From positions 1 to 64,000 of the forward strand of contig JBEUKZ010000117.1 of NCBI GenBank assembly GCA_048128005.1: a stretch of 64,000 nt of DNA, written 5' to 3'. The translations under genes were made by a program, and so were the position numbers. Of this stretch, positions 57,601 through 64,000 are shown piece after piece. Numbering within the stretch: the first letter of the stretch is position 1; the number at the start of each line of letters is the position of its first letter. The DNA comes from Veleropilina oligotropha. Its lineage: Eukaryota. The notes under the pieces are model-generated. The model saw nothing but the letters and a program-made list of their open reading frames with translations. It had not been told where the DNA came from and searched no databases.

Positions 57601-60600
57601 ATCGTAAGCAATGAAACATTTAAGAATATATGTAGACGTTTAGTTTAGTTTGGTGACAGCCAAACACGAGAATATTCACTACAGGGTAGTTATCTTTGAA
57701 AGTTAATTTCACCGTGAAAGATACAAGTTACAGATGTCCAGCAAGCAGTTATGAAATGTAGACATGTAATGTAATTTCATTTATTACCATCTGCATGGCA
57801 CCAATAGATGCAAAATTGTCCAACGGCCCCTGGCCTAATGTAAAAGTGTCGGATGCATTTATACATCGGCAATGAAAATCGAAGTCGTGAATGGACTGGT
57901 CCCGAGGAATATCTGGAAAATGCAGACACACCCCAATAAGCGAAGAACGACCAGTGGTAGTAATATATCGCATTATTCAAAAACAGATGACAGGCGCGGA
58001 TCCATGAATTTGAAAAGGGGTGGGGGGTCCAATTTTCATCAAATATACTATCAACTCTTCGCGAAAGAAAATTTGACGATCAACAGCCTGAAACCCCCTC
58101 TCATGCACTCTGACAGGGCAAAGGCGATATTTCTTACCAACATTTATGAACAATTTTCACTAAAATGTATGAGTATTTTTTTCACAATATAACACATGCA
58201 TTTCTGCTTTCAAACGTAGGTACAGACAGCCTGTATCCCCAGAAAAGTAATTTTGACACTAAAATGTATAAAGAAATTTTTCGTTTTTTCACAATCAAAG
58301 ATAAACATTTTTTATTTTTCTAGAGGGGGGTGCACGGACCGCCCAGACCCCCAGAAAATTTTGATAATTAACGATGTCAAATCCCCTCTCATGCATTCTG
58401 CCAGTGCAAACGCGATATTTCTTACAAACATTTATGAACCGTATGTATCAGTAAATATGTCGGGGGTTTTCGCAATGAAACATGCATTTCTCATTTTCAA
58501 AAGGAGGGGTCGGACCTTCTGATTCTCAAACGTTTTGACAATTAACAGTGCGAAACCCCCTCATCAACATCTATGAACCGTTTTCACTAAAATGTGTAAG
58601 TATTTCTTTCGTTTTTTGTCTCATTCAAGCATATGCATTTTTGGTTTCCAAAGGGGGGTTTCAGACCCCCCCTACTGGATCCGCTAGTGGCTGGTGTTAC
58701 AGCCTTTGCTTTGCAGACGAACGAGAGCGCTTGCAAGGGGGATACTAGATTTTGCTTGAAAGCAAACGAAAAAATGTGTTTCCTTGACGTTTTTAAGCGT
58801 CCTCGTTCTGTTATTTTCATCAAATAAATACTTATGAAAAAATGAATCGAATCGTCCCAGTCCGAATTGACTGGAACCTGTTGACTGGCTACGGTCCGCC
58901 CTGTATGATATCATATGATCTATCGCTGCAATATCTGCATGATAGATCACTTTAACATACATTCGTAGTAACCTATAGTATTTCGTCTAAAATAAAAACA
59001 ATAAGGGCAATTCACCTATTTTAAACATAACATAATCGGTACATGATACAGATTTTATCTTTCGTTCAAAGCGAGGCTCTCAGCGACGTGTGACAGATAG
59101 GGAGCGGTTCGTTTCAACACTTTAACACCGCAGCGCCATCTATGCCAATCTAGCTGAATTTAGATAGCATAATACGAACGCATATTATGATAGACTTTCA
59201 AACACGACCTTGCCAGCCTCAACATGCCAACACGAACATGCGAGTTCAAAGTTGTAGCCGCTTCATCTATCAATTATATACTTCTAACTGTAGAAATATT
59301 GATTCTATAACCGTACTTTTCTTAAAAGAAATGTTTTACAGTGGATAATGAAAGTTGAACAAATTAATTTTACCATGTTGCATGATGAATGATGGATGTA
59401 GAATAAAGAATGTAGTATGTAGAATTTTTGCACCTTTAATTTTACGATGTAGCATGGTGAATGATGGATGTAGAATAAATAATGTAGGATGTATAATTTT
59501 TGCACCAATTCGGCTCCATAGTATTGCCCCTAATGATCGCACATTGGCTTTACATGCTATACTTACATATAGGAGGATATTATAAAAAGTTTTGATGATT
59601 AAAAATTGAAGAACATTCATTGTTATTATTTTATAAAACGACGGCCATTTTGGTGAACATCCATTCAGTTCGACCAACCCAATTCATCAGCCCAATTTGG
59701 TTTGTCAGATGTCTCATCGAAACATGCAGACGTTTCGTCGAATATGAAAATAAATATTGAATGCGATGTGACATTAATGTCAAATATTAAAATAGTAATG
59801 CTGTGGCTCTTACTCCGAAAATTTCCAAGTTAACTTCGCAGTGCCCAACTTGAAGAAATTTCTTTTGGCGATATGTCTGTTACCCATAATTAATAAAACC
59901 GGTCCACTTGAGTTATTTTCACTTTTAATTCATAGGCGCTCCAGTGATTTTTTGTTAATAAATCACCAGACAGCACGTGGACTCCTCTAGATATCAATCA
60001 GACAGACTAAGCGCATGAACAGTGTGGTTTTATTTTGTTCGTGCCCATTGCCATTGCATCAAGACCTCTCTGACTGACCTGGCGTTTATTAGAGGCCTGA
60101 CGACTTAATTTCAATTCACTCTGGTGTCTATTAGAGGCCTGTCGACTATAAGAAGCTTGACAGTAATTTACATTAGAGAGAAAACTGAATATGAGGTTTT
60201 GTGTGTATTTATCACCATCTGATTTGACGAATCATAATGAAGAGAAATAGCGGGTATTTGATGGTATGTCAGAAATATTAAATATATTTTGTCGAGTGAA
60301 ATATATCCTAGCGGATTCACGAAAGGCCAGAGGCCTTGAGTGAATCGGTTAGGATATAGTTCACGAGATAAAATATATTTAATGTTTCTGACATAACATA
60401 GAATGCTCTATTTATTATATAAATGGGTTAGTTATCAATTAAATACTGTTTTCATTATATAGCCATGCTTATTTTGTGGAAGAAAGAACGCCTTCGCTGT
60501 TGACGTTGTAATGTTGAAATGTAGTTCGCCATGAATGACGTCGCCATGGACAACATTTTTATGACGTCACTTTATGATGCGTTTTTGATATTTTCACTCA

Positions 60601-61803
60601 CGAGAGTGAAATATGGAAAATATTTTCACTCACGTGAGTGAAAATATAGATGAGTGAATTACCGATTATATTTTTGCCATTATTTAACGAATAACAGCAC
60701 CATTTATATAATAAAGTAAGTTACTAACTGTTCTTGATAGCTCAACTGGCAGAGCGTCGGTAAAATGCTCAGTGGGATGTGGGCTCAATCCACCGCTCTG
60801 GCGTGGTTATTCTAACGCTTAAAACTAATAGATGGCATATCACTAATGTTTGTCGGTCAGATCAAAGTGAGACCTTATATCGGGTGTCGGGACAACGATA
60901 CACCTGAAAAATTGCTAAAAGTGGTCGTAAAACAATGTTGCCAGCCTGCCATAATGAAGAGGAGGAGGAGGAATTATGCTTAATGTCCTGTATGTTTATA
61001 ACATCGAGGTTCAAGGCAGGACATGTCCGTGTTATCGCGGGAGGAAACCCTCCATCCACCATGTAATGATGCATAGATGCCACATTGCCTATTTGCATCG
61101 AGAGGATTTGCCAAAATTCGTGGAAGTTCACCGTATCATAATAGTAGTGATATATTCTTGACATATTTTTAAAATACAATATAAGCTATTAATTTTAACA
61201 TTATTTCTGAAGTCATCAAAGTATTTTTCAGTTATTATACAAATTATAAATAGATATGGGCGGAAACCGACGTGAAAGATCGGCATTAATAAAATGTTTG
61301 CACCTCATTTTTGTCCCTTCATCCATTGGTGAAAACAAAATATGATGGTGTATATAAGCTGTGGGATTAATGTATTTATTCGTAAATTTGTTTTATCTGG
61401 TTCATGTAGTATCTCATTCCTTCGTCATTAACACTGCTTGTTTCCAAACTCATGATTTGCGATATTCACGTCGTCTGTTTTATGTCACGTGGGTGAGTGG
61501 GAATCCTCAGTTAGCGGTCACGTCACATGACCGTGATTCAAGGGAGATAAATGGGGTATTTAGCATCGATACAAGTCGTATAATAATGGTAATATTTGTT
61601 TCTTTTAAGGTTGCGACCGGAGTACTGCTCTATTCATTTGTAGAAATGTCTACAAGACCAAACATTATTGTCCAGACGCATTCACGAATAATGACCAATG
61701 AAATTTCTTCTAATCTTGAAAAATGAACAACGAAAAAGCGGCTAAGTGATCATTAATGTGACCATCGACTCTTATAAATAATGTAGTTCATATTCAAACG
61801 AAA

Positions 61804-62490
61804 ATGAATCATTTAACCTGTTCCACTTGCCAAAAGTCTTTCCAATATGAAGGCAGCTATAAAAAGCATGTCAAGAAACTTGAAAATGGACATCCATGCA
61901 GAGAAAAGCCGAATGTTTGTTGTGTATGCGACAAAACATTTCAACACAAGAGAAATCTTTATATTCACATGGTAGCTCATACCGGAGAGAAATCCTATCA
62001 ATGCGTTATTTGTAATCGGACCTTTTCTCTACAAAGTAATCTTAGTAGGCACATGCGAACCCATACTGGGGAAAAACCCTATCAATGCGTTATTTGTAAT
62101 AATAGATTTTCTAGATGTGGTGTTCTTAAGATACACATGAGAGTCCATACTGTTGAGAAGCCGTATCAATGCGTCGTGTGCAATCAGACATTTTCACAAG
62201 GAGGTACTCTTCAAAGCCACATGAAAACCCATACGAAAGAGAAAGACTATCAATGCATTGTGTGTGATAAGACGTTTTCTCAACTATGTAGTCTCAAGAA
62301 GCACATGGTAATCCATACTGGGGAGAAAGCTTATCAATGTGTTGTGTGTGATAAGACATTTTCGGAAGCAAGTTCTCTTAGGAGACACTTGCGGACCCAT
62401 ACTGGAGAGAAACCTTACCAGTGCGTTGACTGCAACAAGACATTTTCTCAAATATGTAACCTCAAGACGCACATGAACACCCATACATGA
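61804..62490 (+). CDS. C2H2 zinc-finger protein (7 canonical fingers plus 1 atypical), intact
   Basis: 228-aa ORF with CxxC..HxxxH fingers and TGEKPY linkers; no effector domain seen. Confidence 0.9.
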   Translation: MNHLTCSTCQKSFQYEGSYKKHVKKLENGHPCREKPNVCCVCDKTFQHKRNLYIHMVAHTGEKSYQCVICNRTFSLQSNLSRHMRTHTGEKPYQCVICNNRFSRCGVLKIHMRVHTVEKPYQCVVCNQTFSQGGTLQSHMKTHTKEKDYQCIVCDKTFSQLCSLKKHMVIHTGEKAYQCVVCDKTFSEASSLRRHLRTHTGEKPYQCVDCNKTFSQICNLKTHMNTHT

Positions 62491-62964
62491 TTATTCGAAT
62501 GTATAGAAAAGCGATTAAATTGGTTGCAGGAAATACTACATGTGTCCATGGGACATGAATGCCCCCACTGTCAGCCTTGACCATAGGTGATTTACTTGCA
62601 TGCAAATACTTGTTTTCGGGATGGGACGAATGGACAGGGGTAAATCTAAATACCCCCTAATAAATTGGTGTAGGCATAAAAAATTGCGCATTTTTTATGG
62701 AAATATTCAACCTGCACGTTTTGGAAAAAATTGAAATTTCCATATTTATGAACATTAAAGTCAGCAAGATATTTATACAGAGTTAATATCTGCAATGTCT
62801 AAACGAGCACATTATAAACCATACGGGAGAAACCATCACAATTATTTTTGCACATGAAGAGATTTTTAATATCCCATGATCTTAATCAATACTTGCGAAT
62901 CCCTACCCGCATCAGTTGCGCCGAATCACGCTCGTTTTTGCTATTGACTACTCGTAATCGGCAA

Positions 62965-64000
62965 ACCCACCTGTATTGGTGAGACCATGTATGACAGATG
63001 TCATCCCACCTGTATTGGTGAGGCCGCATATGACAGATGTAATCCCTTCTGTATTGGTGAGACCATATATGGCTGAGATGTAATCCCACCTGTATTGGTG
63101 AGACCGCGTATGACTGAGATGTAATCTCACCTGTATTGGTGAGGCCGCGTAGGACAGATGTAATCCCACCTGTATTGGTGAGGCCGCGTAGGACAGATGT
63201 AATCCCACCTGTATTGGTGAGACCGTATGTGGCTCGGATGTAATCCCACCTGTATTGGTAAGACCGTGTATGACTGAGATGTAATCCCACCTGTATTGGT
63301 GAGGCCGCGTATGACTGAGTTGTAATCCCACCCGTATTGGTGAGACCGCATATGCCAGATGTATTCCCACCTGTATTGGTGAGACCGTATATGGCTCGGA
63401 TGTAATCCCACCTGTATTGGTAAGACCGCGTATGACTGAGATGTAATCCCACCTGTATTGGTGGGACCGCGTAGGACAGATGTAATCCCACCTGTATTGG
63501 TAAGACCGTATATGGCTCGGATGTAATCTCACCTGTATTGGTGAGACCGCGTATGACTGAGATGTAATCCCACCTGTATTGGTGAGGCCGCGTATGACTG
63601 AGTTGTAATCCCACCTGTATTGGTGAGACCGCGTATGACTGAGTTGTAATCACACCTGTATTGGTAAGACCGCGTATGACTGAGTTGTAATCACACCTGT
63701 ATTGGTAAGACAGCGTATGACTGAGTTGTAATCACACCTGAATTGGTGAGACCGCGTATGACAGATGTAATCACACCTGTATTGGTAAGACCGCATATGA
63801 CCGAGTTGTAATCACACCTGTATTGGTAAGACCGCGTATGACTGAGTTGTAATCCCACCTGTATTGGTGAGACCACGTATGACAGATGTAATCACACCTG
63901 TATTGGTGAGACCGCGTATGACAGATATAATCACACCTGTATTGGTAAGACCGCGTATGACTGAGATGCAATCCCACCTGTATTGGTAAGACCGCGTATG
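62965..64000. repeat. Minisatellite, 38-41-bp unit, same family as 41150-41643
   Basis: TGTAATCCCACCTGTATTGGTGAGACCGCGTATGACTGAG repeated to the window end. Confidence 0.95.

Larger units (their letters stand above)
59447..64000 (+). repeat. Segmental duplication paralogous to 257-371 (inverted), 14021-15119 and 38912 to about 41640
   Basis: Collinear high similarity, e.g. CTTACATATAGGAGGATATTATAAAAAG at 14027 and 59562, ATTTATATAATAAAGTAAGTTACT at 38917 and 60702, then SINE, ZNF gene and minisatellite in the same order. Confidence 0.93.

Overview
AT-rich, repeat-dense eukaryotic (invertebrate animal, possibly lophotrochozoan) DNA made of a tandemly duplicated C2H2 zinc-finger locus. The first copy has been invaded by three large mobile elements, and the second copy (about 59.4-64 kb) preserves the empty insertion sites. 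(1) 372-14020: a TAC..GTA-ended DNA transposon of IS3EU type, with 21-bp-repeat TIRs, a spliced DDE transposase and a convergent spliced SAM + HECT-like gene. It is tied to a 115-bp inversion and a second inverted copy running off the left edge. (2) 15120-23130: a non-coding foldback element with a 6-bp TSD, present as a 3771-bp tandem dimer. (3) 23143-38911: a complete, GC-rich 15.8-kb endogenous Polinton-like virus with AG..CT termini, 163-bp TIRs and a 5-bp TSD. It encodes an rve integrase, an A32 packaging ATPase, putative major and minor capsid proteins and a PolB-SF1 helicase-HNH fusion, with no recognisable protease. It also carries an unusually large set of membrane proteins, one with tandem PSAP/LYPxL late-domain-like motifs, plus a secreted cysteine-rich protein. 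The rest is zinc-finger genes and pseudogenes, MITEs, LINE/Penelope/SINE fragments and mini- and microsatellites. All protein family calls come from motif recognition by eye; no database search was run.
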